Both the position numbers and the translations under genes were made by a program. A stretch of 64,000 nucleotides of DNA, taken from NCBI RefSeq assembly GCF_964194155.1, contig NC_135899.1, positions 10,788,001 to 10,852,000 on the forward strand, written 5' to 3'. Below are positions 1 to 12,960 of this stretch, piece by piece (position 1 is the first letter of the stretch; the number at the start of each line of letters is the position of its first letter). The notes under the pieces were generated by a model. The model made no database searches. It saw nothing but the letters and a program-made list of their open reading frames with translations, and had not been told where the DNA came from. This DNA is from Cetorhinus maximus (taxonomy: Eukaryota).

Positions 1-545
1 TACCCTTTTTAGATTCAAAGTGGGATGACCTCACATTTACCTGTATTGCAATCCATTTGCCAATTTTTCAATTCGTTTAATTTGTCAATCTCTTTGTAAT
101 TTTATGCTTCCATCATTCCTGCTTATAATGCTGACTATCTTAGTGTCAACAGAAAGTTTGGATACGTGGCTTTCTATCCCACTTAAGTCATTAATAAACT
201 GGGTAAATAGGTGAGACCCCAACATAGATACTTGCAGGACTAGTCACATTCTGCCAGCTAGAGTACCTGTTCATTGTCCCTATGTTCTGTATCCTGCTGT
301 TCAGCCAATTTCCTTAACCAGGTAAATAATTTGCCTTCAGTTCCATTGGTTTCAACTTTAGCTAAATCTTTTATGAGGGACCTTATCAAATGTCTTCTGG
401 ATGTCCATATAAATAACGTCTAAAGACATTCCCCTGCCATCGGTTTAGTCGCCGCTTCAAAAAATGCAATGAGTTTCACCAGGCTTGACCTACCTTTTAC
501 AAATCCACATTCAGCTGAAAATTTTCAAGTTGTTTAGTCACCCTA
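1..545 (-). mobile_element. CR1-type LINE RT fragment (degenerate)
   Basis: Reverse strand reads as decayed CR1 ORF2 (ttgataaggtccctcata = FDKVPH; RT and QMQYR-like region). Confidence 0.65.
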
Positions 546-2269
546 TCCTTATCTATAAATCTAGTCTAGAATGGATACCCAGATACTGCCTTCAACCACC
601 CCAATGAAGGGGACTACATACTGAGGGGTTGGTGATAAAAGGATCAACCTTACTATTCATTGCCATAAATGCAAATAATCTGAGTTGAAGTTGCGTGGTT
701 AATCGATATTTATCTTGGAAATAGAAACTTCAACTTGTGTTCAAGTAAAATCCTCTGCAGCTCAGGGATTATGATACATTTAATTAGCAAGGGCATCTGA
801 ATGTTTTAACCTTTTTGATTAAAGCTGATTTACATCTACTACACTATTCTTTGTACGAATCAAAATGTAATCATATGGTGGTTTAGATAGGACATCAGTG
901 ATGTATCAATAAAAGAATCATCCCAAATTGCTGTGTCAGACTGTATATTTGTCAAGGAGTGGTCAACTGATTAACCAGTTAACTCAATCATGGGTCGTTG
1001 TTTTAAAGCAGTTAATTTGGTTTTTATGCAACTGCTAATACATTTTAATGGCCACAACTCCACTTCGGTATTAACCTTTTCATATGCCTGGTAAGCTTTC
1101 AACCAGTGGTCTTTGAACTGAGGTTATATAAAGTTAAAAGATTAAATTAAAAGGTTATTGAGGTTAAATAAGGTTAAAAATTAGGCTGCGCCCGATAAAC
1201 TCGTCTTTTTGCAGATAGGTAAAGCACTCAAAGTTCTTTCCCGAGATCCTCCGGGGTTGCAGGTTAGGGCGGTGCTGTTTTATGTTGTTGCTGTAATCCA
1301 GAGATGTTCTTTGATATGTGTCGTAACTTCACCATTCTCTCACCCCTAACTCATCGATGTATTTCTGGCACTTCACTCCATTTGTGTAATGGATGCGCCT
1401 ACAACATCAATTTTTTTGTAATTCATTCCGACGGAAATGGGCATATCTGGAGAGGCCAGCTTTTATAGTCCCTCCCTAGTTGACCTTGAGAATGTAGTAG
1501 TGTATGGTGGAGCTGCTCCAATAGTGCTGTTAAGTAGGGAAGTCCAGGATTGAGAGTTTACATACTCTACAATTAATTTGCATTCTGAATCTTCCCATTC
1601 TGCTTCCTGCAAAGGCATGATCCATTTCGCTCATTTACTCCTTCACCTATTCCTGCTTTGCTGACTATATGTTGTGCACCAGGCACTATATATTCCACAC
1701 AGCAACTGTGCAGCTGGAAGTGTGGACGGTGCCCGGCGTGATCTCTGCTGAAACCCTCCTGCAACGACAGGATTTAGGCTAGTCTTGTCTGATACCATGG
1801 CAGACCATGTTAAAAATTCCTGTTGATACCAATGGACCCTTTGCAACTTCATAGGCCACCACTGACCTGGGATTTATCCTCTGCTGATTTTATAATACCG
1901 GAGGTGGGGCAAACCCTGGCTAAGCTATTCTCTGGCAGGTTCAACCAACAAGGAATAGAGGGGTGCAGCAGCAAGTTTCCATCCATATATTCTCCACATC
2001 CACTGAAAAAAGTCATTAGGTATGAGCAGAACAGCTGAGCCTGAAAGCACAATAGTGACTTAATACGACATACCTTAGATTCAATAACTTCACAAGGCTT
2101 GGGAAGGTAAAGGGGAGAACTGCAATAGCCTCACAATTATTCTTTGTACTGTAACATTGCAGGTGTCATATTTTCAAACACCAAACCCTACCTGCTTTCA
2201 CCATTTGTCAATTCTCCAAAGTGTGGGTAAATGTTCAGCTACATCTTCAGCCTCATACCAATGATGAAA

Positions 2270-3450
2270 GGCTTTAGTTACATAGACATTTGATAAAGTG
2301 CTACATCAAAGGTTATTGTGGAAAGTAAAAGTTCATGGTGTCGGTGATAACATATTAGCCTTGATAGAAGATTGGATGGCTGGCTGGCTGGCAGAAAAAA
2401 GAGCATGCATAAATGAGTTTGTCTGATTGGTAGGATGTGACCAGTGGAATCCCACAGGTGTCTGTGCTGGGGCCTCAACTTGTTACAATTTACATCAATG
2501 ACTTAGGTGAGGGAAGCAAAGGCATGGCAGCTAAATTTGCAGGCAGCACAAAGATAGGTAGGAAATTATGTCGTGAAAAAGACATGAGGAGTCTGCAGAC
2601 AGATATAGGTAGGTTGACTGACTGACCAAAAATCTTGCAGATGAAGTGTAACATGGGAAAATGTGAAGTTGTTAACTTTGGCAGGAAGAATAAAAAGGCA
2701 GAGTATTACCAAAACGGAGAACAACTGTGGAATTCCGTGGTGCAGCGGGATCTAGGTGTTCTCGTGCATGAGTCACAAAAAGTTAGTATTCAGGTACAGC
2801 ATGAAATCAAGAAGGCTAAGAATGCAGCACCTTTATTACGGAAGGATATGAACATAAAAGTAAGGATGATATGCTTCAGTTATACGGGGCACTGGTGAGA
2901 CCGCATCTCGAATGCTGTGTGCAGTTTTGGTCTCCTTATTTAAGGAACGATGTAAATGATTTAGGAGGTGGTTCAGAGGAGGTTTACTAGATTGATAGCT
3001 GGAATGAGCGTGTTTTCTAATGAGGAAAGGTTGGACAGGCTGGACTCGTTGCCACCGGAGCTTGGAAGAGTGACGGGTGACTTGTTTGAAGTATGTAAGA
3101 TCCTGAATGGTCTTGACAAGGTGGACGTGGAAAGGATGTTTCCTCTTGTAGGTGAGTCCAGAACTAGGGGTAACTGCTTTAAAGATAGGGGTTGCCTTTA
3201 TAGGACAGACGCAAAGAAATTTTTTTTCCTCCGAGGCTTGTGAGATTTTGGAACTCCCTGGCTCAGAAGGCAGTGGAAGAAGGATCATTGAATATTTTTA
3301 AGGCAGAGGTAGATATATTCTTGTTAAACAAGGGAATCAAGGGTTATCGGGGGTAGATAGGGATGTAGAACTTGAAATACAAACAAATCAGCCATGATCT
3401 TATTGAATGGCGAAGCAGGCTCGAGGGTCCGAATTGCCTACTGCTGCTTT
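2270..3450 (+). mobile_element. CR1 LINE 3' portion (RT C-terminus plus 3'UTR)
   Basis: ORFs TSGIPQVSVLGPQLVTIYINDL, QMKCNMGKCEVVNFGRKN, VQRRFTRLIAGM; tail gccatgatcttattgaatggcg..gggtccgaattgcctactgctgct. Confidence 0.9.
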
Positions 3451-3979
3451 TTCATATGTTCTTAGAAACATGAAATGTTTCTCCATGGAAGAGAGCAGAA
3501 TAAGAGGAGATTTGGTGGAGGTGTTCAAAATCAGGAAGGGTTTTGATAGGAGTAAATAAGGAGAAAGTATCTCCAATGGTAGAGTACAGAGATTGAAGGT
3601 AATTGGTGAATTCCGGACATTCTACATTCACAAACAGCATTGATCCAGAAGAGCCCATTCACACTGCTTGGTGGAATGATAGGAACAGTCTTAATGATCC
3701 TGCTCTCCAACAGCACAGTAGGTCAAGCGTATTTGCCATGATGACTGCTTTCTAAGAAGTTTCATATTAACTATGCGTCAGAGACACGTTCCCACTGTCA
3801 AACTCCAACCTAAATAGTAATTTTCCCTCAAAGCAAACAACTATTATTTTGTTAAACTTGCAATAGAACAAATTTGACACAATTACTTTAACAGCAAGAT
3901 ATCTTCTGGTCCACATGGGTTAACATTCATCTGCAAAACATCCAATTTGGTGAGGGCAGCTGCACAGGAAATTTGGCAG

Positions 3980-3985
3980 TTTATT
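3980..3985 (-). terminator. Candidate polyadenylation signal of FKBPL
   Basis: tttatt on plus = AATAAA on minus, ~540 nt downstream of the FKBPL stop. Confidence 0.4.
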
Positions 3986-4519
3986 TAAAAACTTACACAC
4001 AACATTACAGGTGCCACAGTTTGAAATGTCAAAATCTGAGTTTTCATATAATCAGGAGCCAGAAATTTCCAAGCTCTTGGCAATATGCAAATTTCTCTCA
4101 TCACATTGCAATCAAACTCTGGCTCGCCTTAGTGCTGACCCAGTCGAGTTAATGCAGCATGTAATGAATGACAGTTACGGTTAGCAGCTAAAACTCACCG
4201 CAGTCTTCAGGTATCCAGACTACCCACAATCAAAGTCACAGGAAATCACCCAGTTTTCATTATATTCAGAACTGTGTGGATGACTAACAATTAATTTGAT
4301 ATTATAATCATGAATAAACTTGTGGAATGAGCTGCCTGGATCTCTTGCGATATCATTTTATAGCAGTTATAACCCCAAGGTATAGTACCAATACTGAAAT
4401 ATCCTTTAACACGTACATTTTGTTAGGCCAAAACATGGCGTTTTCCTGTGGTCAAGTGCTATTTTGTCAATGAAAAACGTTGCTGCGATTTGATTATTTA
4501 TCCAAGTGTGTACAAACAT

Positions 4520-5464
4520 TCAGATGAACAGCTTACTCATTGCCTTGCCCATTTTTTCGTTTTGAGCTTTGACCTGCTCATTAAGAACTCTGAGTTGCTG
4601 TGCCGCAGCAGAGTTTCCCGGCTCCAATTTCAGCACTCTCCTCAAATCGCCTTTGGCTTTGTCAAATTCATTAATGGAGGCATAGGCCTGACCCCTTCGG
4701 TACAGACACTTCATGGAGTCAGGGTCGATCTCCAGTGCCTTTGAGCAGTTCTGGATGACATTTCTGTACTGCTTCTGTTTTATCTGGCAGGCAGCCAGGT
4801 TCGAGTACAATGCCTTTCTAGTCTGGTCGTACTCCTCTCCCTTCTCGAGAGGGACGTCATATTTCGCTGTCACCAGCAGCCTCAGTGATTTTGCGTACCG
4901 CAGAGCAGCTCCAAAGAGATTCCCACTTTTAAAATATTCTGTGCCTTTGGCTTTGTGTTGCATGGCCACCTGCCACTTTTCCTCAAATCCCATTTGCCAG
5001 GAGTCCTGGTGGAGGGTGAACTCTTCCAGTTTCACAGTCAATCTCAGTTTTTTCCCACGGTCTGTGAATATCTCCGCCAATCCCAGAGCCAGGAGTATCT
5101 CACACTGCTCTCCCAGCAGCATCGTTTCAACACATTTCTCGATTATTTGTGCAAACTGGGTATCGCTTTCCCCAAGAATCATCTCAACTGATCGATTGAT
5201 CCCATTCTGGAAATGTGTCGCTGTGTCAAAATTGCAGGAGGGTTCTACTTCCACACAAACACGACACTTAGAGCCTTCTTTAGGTTTGTCGAGGCCACTA
5301 CCCCTCTGTAGAATTTTCTTCACAAAGGAACCATCTGGGCACGCCAAAGTAAAAGGTTCAGGATTAGTCCACTCTTTAGAGGGAGTATTTGGATTTCTAG
5401 CTTCTTCTGGTCCATCACTCTGATTGGTGACCTCCAAGGTCTCACTCAATTGGCTTGCAGCCAT
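4520..5464 (-). CDS. FKBPL: FK506-binding protein-like (degenerate PPIase-like domain plus TPR repeats), single coding exon, 314 aa
   Basis: CPDGSFVKKILQRGSGLDKPKEGSKCRV, IIEKCVETM, DSWQM, TPR motifs GTEYFKSGN..AALRY, LYSNLAACQ, KCLYRRGQA, EPGNSAA, C-term MSKLFI, all matching recalled vertebrate FKBPL. Acceptor aaacttgcag| lies at 5581/5580 upstream of the ATG. Confidence 0.93.
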   Translation of the reverse strand: MAASQLSETLEVTNQSDGPEEARNPNTPSKEWTNPEPFTLACPDGSFVKKILQRGSGLDKPKEGSKCRVCVEVEPSCNFDTATHFQNGINRSVEMILGESDTQFAQIIEKCVETMLLGEQCEILLALGLAEIFTDRGKKLRLTVKLEEFTLHQDSWQMGFEEKWQVAMQHKAKGTEYFKSGNLFGAALRYAKSLRLLVTAKYDVPLEKGEEYDQTRKALYSNLAACQIKQKQYRNVIQNCSKALEIDPDSMKCLYRRGQAYASINEFDKAKGDLRRVLKLEPGNSAAAQQLRVLNEQVKAQNEKMGKAMSKLFI

Positions 5465-5964
5465 TATTCCTCAATTTGAATGATCATTCCCACCTCACTG
5501 AGGCACAGTTGGTGCATAAAAATCTGACTGAGGTAATGGTTCCCAAGTCACGTACAGAAATCGACTCACTCAGTAATCATCTGCAAGTTTATTTTTGAAA
5601 AATAAAATACCAAAGATTATATGAGCATTCAAAATTAAGTTCACAATTTTTCCTTATAGTGCCTGATACTTGGTGATGTTCGCTTTTTAAAAAAAAGGTG
5701 CCATAAGCCATGTTGTACCACTCCCAAATAGCCACTCTTCATGCTAGTCTAAGGTACTGCAGTTAAATGTATTACCAGAGATGTCACAGCCTGATGTGTG
5801 CGTGTTTGTCTCACACCCTTTTCACAATGTCTAGCAATCAAGTGAAGAACCCTAGTTGATTTTACATTTCCTTAAGGACCAATAGCCACTGCAACAACAG
5901 CAAACTCATCACAAGGAATGTGACCTGTACAACTTAATTCCACAGCGTGCAGCACATTAATAAT

Positions 5965-6100
5965 CAGAACAGTTCTGGAAGGTTACACACCCAAAACACT
6001 AACTCCATTTCTTTCTCCACAGATGCTGCCGACCTGCTGAATATTCCCAGGATTTTCTGTTTTTATTTCAGATTTCCAGCATACGTGGTATTTCATTTTT
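5965..6100 (+). mobile_element. Penelope-like element 3' terminal repeat fragment
   Basis: ctccacagatgctgccgacctgctgaatattcccaggattttctgtttttatttcagatttccagcat, the same tail that follows the Penelope ORF end at 12420-12960. Confidence 0.65.
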
Positions 6101-6920
6101 GTAATTGTGGTAAATGGTTGTTTTACAAGTTGGAGGATGGTAGACAGTGGTCTTCCCCAAGGTTCTATGCTAGAACCACTTTTATTTTTCGCTGTATATA
6201 ATAACTTGCATATTAGAACACAGTAAAATTTCAAAATTTGATGATACCAAACTGGAGGTGTGGCTGACAATGAGGATGATGCAGGGCATAGACTAGCAAA
6301 ATGGGCAGACAAGTCGCAGATGGAATTTAATACAGAGAAGTGTAAGTTGATGCATTTTGGCAGAAGGGATAGGGAGAGGCAATACAGACTTAATGGCACA
6401 GTCTAAAGAGAGTACAGAAACAGGGTGAGGATGGGGGAGGTTCATGTGCATAGATCTTTGAAGCTGGCAGGACATAATGAGTTAGTAGTTAACAAAACAT
6501 ATGCGTTCTTGAGGTTCATAAATAGACTTATTGAGTACAAAAGCAGGCAAATTGTGCTGACCATTCATAAAGCTCCAGTTAGGACATAACTACAGTATTT
6601 CATCCAGCCCTGGTCACCACTTTAGGACGGTTTTGAGGGTTCTTGAGAGGGTGCTTGAGAGGGTGCAGAGGAGATTTTCAGGATGGGTCCAGGGATGAGG
6701 GATATTAGCTACACATTAGATTGGAGAAGCTGGAAATGTTGTTCTAGGAGTAAAGAATATTGAGGACAGATTTGATAGAGGTGTACAAGACTATGACAGG
6801 TTTAGATAAAGTAGGCAAAGAAAAGCTGTTCCCATTGTCTAATCATACAAGGTCTAGGGTACACGAATTTAAGGTTTTGGGAAAGAGATTTAGGGAAAAT
6901 GTGAGGACAACTTTTTTTAT
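6100..6920 (+). mobile_element. CR1 LINE fragment
   Basis: Decayed PQGSML/KFDDT/QMEFNTEKCKLMHFG, LERVQRR and DLIEVYK motifs. Confidence 0.85.
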
Positions 6921-6944
6921 TTATGCAGTGTGTGATAATGATAA

Positions 6945-8720
6945 GTTACATATTTATATAACATTTAACATAATGAAATGTCCCAAGTCACTTTAAGAAG
7001 CATTATAGAACAAAGTATGAGAATGAGCCAAGGAAGGAGCTATTAGATCACATGACCAAAAGTATAGTCAAAGAGATACTCTTAAAGAGGAAAGTGAGGT
7101 AGTGTGATGGAAAGGCGTTGGGAGAGAGTTCCAGAGCATACAGCCTAGGCAATTGATGGCCTATGCTCAACGGTACAACAATTACATTTTTGAATGCTCA
7201 AGGAGCCAGAATTAGGGGAGCACAGATATCTTGCAGTGGGGCTGGAGGGGATCACAGACACAGGCAAGGCAAGGACATGAAGGGATTTGTAAACAGGGAT
7301 GAGAATTTTAAAATCAAGGTGTTGCTTGATTGAGACACAATGCAGATCAGTGAGCACAGGGGTGAAAGAGGAACAGGACTTTCTGCGAGTTAAGACATGG
7401 TTAGCAGAGTTTTGGATGACCTCAAGTTTACAGCGGGTAGAATGTGCGTGACCAGCAAGGAGTGCTTTGGAATAATCAAGTCTTGAGGTAATGAAGGCAT
7501 GGATGAAGGTTTCAACACAACATAAGCTAAAGCAGGGGCAAAGTCTAGCAGCGTTACATAGATGGAAACAGGCAGTCTTCATGATTAAATGAATGAGGTC
7601 AAAAGCTCATCTCGGGGTCAAGTGTGGCACCAAGGTTGCAAACAGATTGGTTCAATCTGAGACTGTTGCCAGGGAAAGGGATGAAGTTGGCAGCTAGGAA
7701 ACATAGTTTGGAGTGCAGACTAAAAACGATGGTTCCAGCCTTCCCATTATTTACTTGGAGGAAATTTCTGCTTATCCAGTACTGATGTTAGATAAGCAGT
7801 CTGATAATTTAGCAATAGTGGGGGAGTCGAGAGAGAGAGGTAGCGCTGAGGAAGAGCTGGGCATTGTAGATGTTAAAACTAACGCCGAGATAATATCGCC
7901 GAGGGGCAGCACATAGATGAAAAATAGGAAGGGCCAAGCATAGGTTCTTGGAGGACACCAGAGGTAACAGTGTGGAAGCATCAGAAGAAGTCATTGCAAG
8001 TGAACCTATGACTATGATTAGATAGCTAAGAATAGAACCAGATGAGAGCAGTAGCACCCAGCTGGATGATAGAGGAGGTGTTGGAAAAGGATGGTGTGGT
8101 CAACCATGTCAAAGGTGGCAAACAGATCGAGAAGGACGAGGAGGAAATGTTTACCTTTATCACTGTCACATAGGGTGCCAGTTGTGACTTTGATAGCTGT
8201 TTTGATACCTGTGGCAGGGACAGAAACCTGATTAGAGGGATTGAAACATGGCATTCCAGAAAAGATTTGAATGCATTTGGTAGGCGACAACACATTCAAG
8301 TACTTTGGATAGGGAAAGGAGGTTGGAGATGGTATGGTAGTTTACAAAGACGATAGTTTACAAATGTTTTTTTTTGAGGAGCGGGGTTATTACTGCAGAT
8401 TTAAAGGAGAGAGGAACAACACATGAAGAGAGAGAACTCCTAACAATATCAGCTAAGTGGAGGACAAGAGGGAACACTGGGTGGTCAGCAGTTTAGTGGG
8501 AATAGAATTAAGGGAGCAGGAGGTGGATCTTCTGGACAAAATGAGCTCAGGGAGGGCATGTGGGCAGGTAGGAAAGAAACTAGAGAATGATGTGAGTTCA
8601 GGGCCTGGACAAGGGGAGCCTTAGAGCAAGTTTGGCCAAGTGGGCTAGTGGAAGGGAGAAATGCAGGCAAAGGTAGCTGATTGGGTAGTCTGAATGACCT
8701 TGATCTAAAAGACAAAGAAG
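6945..8720 (-). mobile_element. L2-clade LINE (degenerate ORF2 plus 3' end)
   Basis: FHLCNAARL..ETFIHAFITSRLDYSKALLAG and LLVLLDLFATFDMVDHTIL are L2-type RT motifs. Confidence 0.85.
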
Positions 8721-9215
8721 TCAATGAGCCCCTTGTAATTATTGTTTGAATGGTGATTACTTGGAACTAGCTGCTTATGCTGGAAGCAGAGGCGATGAAT
8801 GATTTCAAATGGAAACTGGATGAACACTTGAGGGAAATAAATTTGCAGGGCTGCAGGTTTAGAGTCATGGAATGGGACTGCCTGAATTGCTCTACAGGGA
8901 GCTGGCATGGTCTCAATGGGCTGAATGGCCTCTTTCTGTGCAATGATGCTGTGCTATGCTTCTCCCATTCCTGTTGCGCACCTACAGTCTGATAACTCCT
9001 CTACTGTTTTACAGAGGTGGGAATTCCCACTCAACGGAAATACCAGCAGGGACCCATAATTTAATGGGTCAGAAATGTAATCAAGATTTGTGATAGGATA
9101 ATTTCTGATACCAGGGAGATGGCAATGTCTGTACATTCTGCGGAGGTATCTGGGGACAATACACTACTGTGTAGGTAAGGCTGGGCCTCTCAGCACATGC
9201 TACTTCAAACACATT

Positions 9216-11885
9216 GGGAGGTGATGGCATAGTAGTATTGTCACTTGACTAGTAATCCAGAGGCCCAGGGTAATGCTCTGGAGGCCCGGGTTTGAATTCA
9301 ATAAAAATCTGGAATTAAAAGTCTAATGATGACCATGAAACCATTCTCGATTGTCATAAAAACCCATCTGATTCACTACTGTACTTTAGGAAAGGAAATC
9401 TGCCGTCCTTACCTGGTCTGGCCTACATGAGACTCCAGAACCACAGCAATGCGGTTGACTCTTAAATGACCTCTGAAATGGCTTTAACAAGCCACTCAGT
9501 TGTATCAAACTCCTCAAAATAGGAATGAAACTGGACGGATCACCTGGCATCGACTAGGAACCGGGAATGACAATGGCAAACTCAGCCCAGTCGACCCTGC
9601 AAAATCCTCCTTACTAACATCTGGGGGGGCTAGTGCCAAAATTGGGAGAGCTGTCTTACAGACTAATCAAGCAACACCTGGACATAGTCATACTCACAGA
9701 ATCATATCTTAGATAATGTCCCAGGCACCACCATCACCATCCCTGGGTATGTCCTGTCCCACCAGCAGTCAGGAGGGAGTTGCCCTGGTGAAGTCTTGTG
9801 GCATCAGGTCAAACACAGGCAAGGAAACCTCCTGCTCATTACCACATACCACCCTCCCTCAACTGATGAATTAGTGTTCCTCCACGTTGAAAACCACTTG
9901 GAGGAAGCACTGGGGGGTGAGGCGGGGGGGTGAGGTGGGGGGGGGGGGCGCGCAGAATATACTCTGGATGGGGGACTTCTATATCCATCACCAAGAATGT
10001 CTAGTTAGCACCATTACTGAACCGAGCTGGCCAAGTCCTAAAGGACAAAGCTACTAGACAGAGTCTGCGGCAGGTGATGAGGGAACCTACAAGAGGGAAA
10101 AACACGTGTCTGTCCATGACAGTATTGGTAGGAGTGACCGACACACAGTCAATGTGCAGACGAAGTCCCGCCTTCATATTGAGGCAACCCTCCACTGTGT
10201 GGCACTACCACCATGCTAAATGGGATAGATTTCGAACAAATCTAACAGCTCAAGACTGGGCATCTATGAGGCGCTGTGGGCCATCAGCAGCAGAAGAATT
10301 GTATTCGAACATAATCTGTAACCTCATGGCCTGGCATATCCCCCACTCTACCATTACCATCAAGCCAGGAGATTAACCCTGGTTCAATGAAGAGTGCTGG
10401 AGCATGCCAAGAGCAGCACCAGGCATACCTAAAAATGAGGTGTCAACCTGATGAAGCTATAATACAGGACTGCTTGCGTGCCAAATGGCATAAGCAGCAA
10501 GTGATTGACAGAGCTAAGCAGTCCCACAACCAACAGATCAAAAATAAGCTCTGCAGTCCTGCCACATCCAGCTGTGAATGGTGGTGGACAATTAAACAAC
10601 TAACTGGAAGAAGAGGCTCCACAAATATCCCCATCCTCAATGCTGAGGGAGCCCAGCACATCAGTGCAAAAGATAAGGCTGAAGCATTCGCAATAACATT
10701 CAGCCAGCAGTGACAAGTGGATGATCTATCTCTGCTTCCTCCAGAGGTCCCCAGCATCACAGATGCCAGTCTTCAGACAATTCGATTCACTCCATATGAT
10801 ATCAGCAAATGGCCGAAGGCACTGGATAGTGCAAAGGCTGTGGGCCCTGACAATATTCCGGCAATAGTACTGAAGACTTGTGCTCCAGAACTTGCTGCGC
10901 CCCTAGCCAAGCTGTTCCAGTACAACTACAACATTGGCATCTGCCCGGCTATGTGGAAAATTTCCCAGTTATATCCTGTGTACAAAAAGCAGGACAAATC
11001 CAACCTGGCCAACTACTGCCCCATCAGTCTACTCTCGATCATCAGCAAAGTGATGAAGGAGTGTTTGACAGTGTAAACAAGTGACACTTGCTCAGCAATA
11101 ACTGCTCACTGATGCCCAGTTTGGGTTTGCCAGGGCCAGTCAGACTCATTACAGCCTTGATTCAAACATGGACAAAAGAGCTGAACTCCCGAGGTGAGGT
11201 GAGGTGAGAGTGACTGCCCTTGACATCAAGGCCATATTTGACTGAGTGTGGCATTAAGGAGCCCTAGCAAAACTGGAGTCAACAGGAATCAGGGGGAAAA
11301 CTCTCCGCTGGTTAGAGTCAAATCTAGCACAAAAGAAGATAGTTGTGATTGTTGGAGGTCGGTCACCTGAGCTCTAAGGCATCACTGCAGGAGTTCCACA
11401 GGGTAGTGTCCTTGGCCCAACCATCTTCAGCTGCTTCATCAATGACCTTCCTTCCATCATAAGGTCAGAGGTGGGAATGTTTGCTGATGATTGCACAATG
11501 TTCACCACCATTCGCAACTGCTCAGATACTGAAGCAGTTCATGTCCAGATGCAGCAAGACCTGGACAATATCCAGGCTTGGGCTGACAAGTGCCAAGCAA
11601 TGACCATCTCCAACAAGAGAGAATCTAACCCTGACATTCAAAGGCATCACCAAATCCCCCACTATCAATATCCTGATTATCATTGACCAGAAACTGAACT
11701 TGACTAGCCATATAAATACTGTGGCTACAAGAGCAGGTCAGAGGCTAGGAATCCCACGACGGGTAACTCACCTCCTGACTCCCCAAAGCCTTTCCCAACA
11801 TCTACAAGGCACAAGTCAGGAGTGTGATGGAATACTCCACACTTGACTGAATGAGTGCAGCTCCCACAACACTCAAGAAGCTTAA
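9216..11885 (+). mobile_element. Non-LTR retrotransposon (APE endonuclease plus RT) with tRNA-like 5' head, 3' end interrupted
   Basis: A-box tggcatagtag, anticodon arm gact-agt-aatccag, B-box gggtttgaattc. Then YHPP/MGDF endonuclease motifs, KAVGPDNIP, ANYCPISLLS, GVPQGSVLGP and MFADD RT motifs, with many stops. Confidence 0.85.
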
Positions 11886-12419
11886 AATATAGAAAATGTA
11901 TCGCACAGGAGGTGGCCATTCAGCCTATTGTATTCGTGCCAGCCGACAAAGAGCTCTCCAGCCCAAATCCCACATTCTAGTTCTTGGTTACAACACCTCA
12001 AGTGTGGATCTAAGTATTTTTAAATGCAATGAAGGTTCCTGCCTCTACCACCCTTTTAGGCGGTGAGTTCCAGGCCCCCACCACCTTCTAGTGAAAAAAT
12101 TATTCAACTCCCCTCTAATCCTTCTAACAATTGCTTTAAATCTGTGCCTTGTTGGTTATTGACCTCTCTGCTGAGGAAAATCAGTCCTTCCTATCCACTC
12201 TATCAAGACCCTGATAATTTTGTACACTTCAATTAAATCTCCTGTCGTCAGGCTAGGACTGTGTAAAAAGCTAGGCCGCACCTAGAGTCTTATAGGAAGG
12301 ATCACACTGGAGAAGGTACAGAGGGGATTTGCAAGGGTTTTGCCAGGAATGAAGAATTTGAGCTGTAAAGAAAGATTGGATAAGCTGGATTGTTTGGAGC
12401 AGTGTTGGCTGCCTCCCTG

Positions 12420-12960
12420 ATCTTACTTTACAGAAGGCACTTTACAGCCTTCCGGACTGAATATCGAGTTCAACAACTTTAGATCATGAACTCTCTCCTC
12501 CATCCCCACCCCCTCTCCAATCCCCCTTTTTCCAATAATTTATATATATTTTTCTTTTCCCACCTATTTCCATTATTTTAAAATGTATTTCCATCCATTG
12601 TTTTATCTCTACCTTTTAGCCCATTCTCCCCCACCACCACCACTAGGGCTATCTGTACCTTGCTCGTCCTGCTTTCTACCCTTAATGTCACCATTAGCAC
12701 ATTTCTTAGCTAATATCACCACCATCAACACCTCTTTGTCCTTTTGCCTATGACATCTTTTGGCAATCTCCACCTATCACTGGCCCTCTATCCAGCTCTA
12801 CCTGTTCCACCGCCCCCTTAAACCAGCTTATATTTCACCTCTTTTCTATTTTTCCTTAGTTCTAATGAAGAGTCTTTCTGACTCGAAAGGTTAACTGTAT
12901 TCCTCTCCGCAGATGCTGTCAGACCTGCTGAGTTTTTCCACGTACTTTTGTTTTTGTCCC
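12420..12960 (+). mobile_element. Penelope-like element 3' end (GIY-YIG ORF C-terminus plus terminal repeat)
   Basis: ggcactttacagccttccggactgaatatcgagttcaacaactttagatcatga = GTLQPSGLNIEFNNFRS*, typical of PLE ORF ends; followed by a pyrimidine-rich UTR and a degenerate hammerhead core at 12858-12897. Confidence 0.8.

Noticed and set aside
4713-5423. 236-aa plus-strand ORF
   Set aside because: Antisense shadow of the FKBPL CDS.
9216-9300. Functional tRNA-Thr gene
   Set aside because: Degenerate boxes, no acceptor stem or terminator, and embedded as the head of a dispersed repeat.
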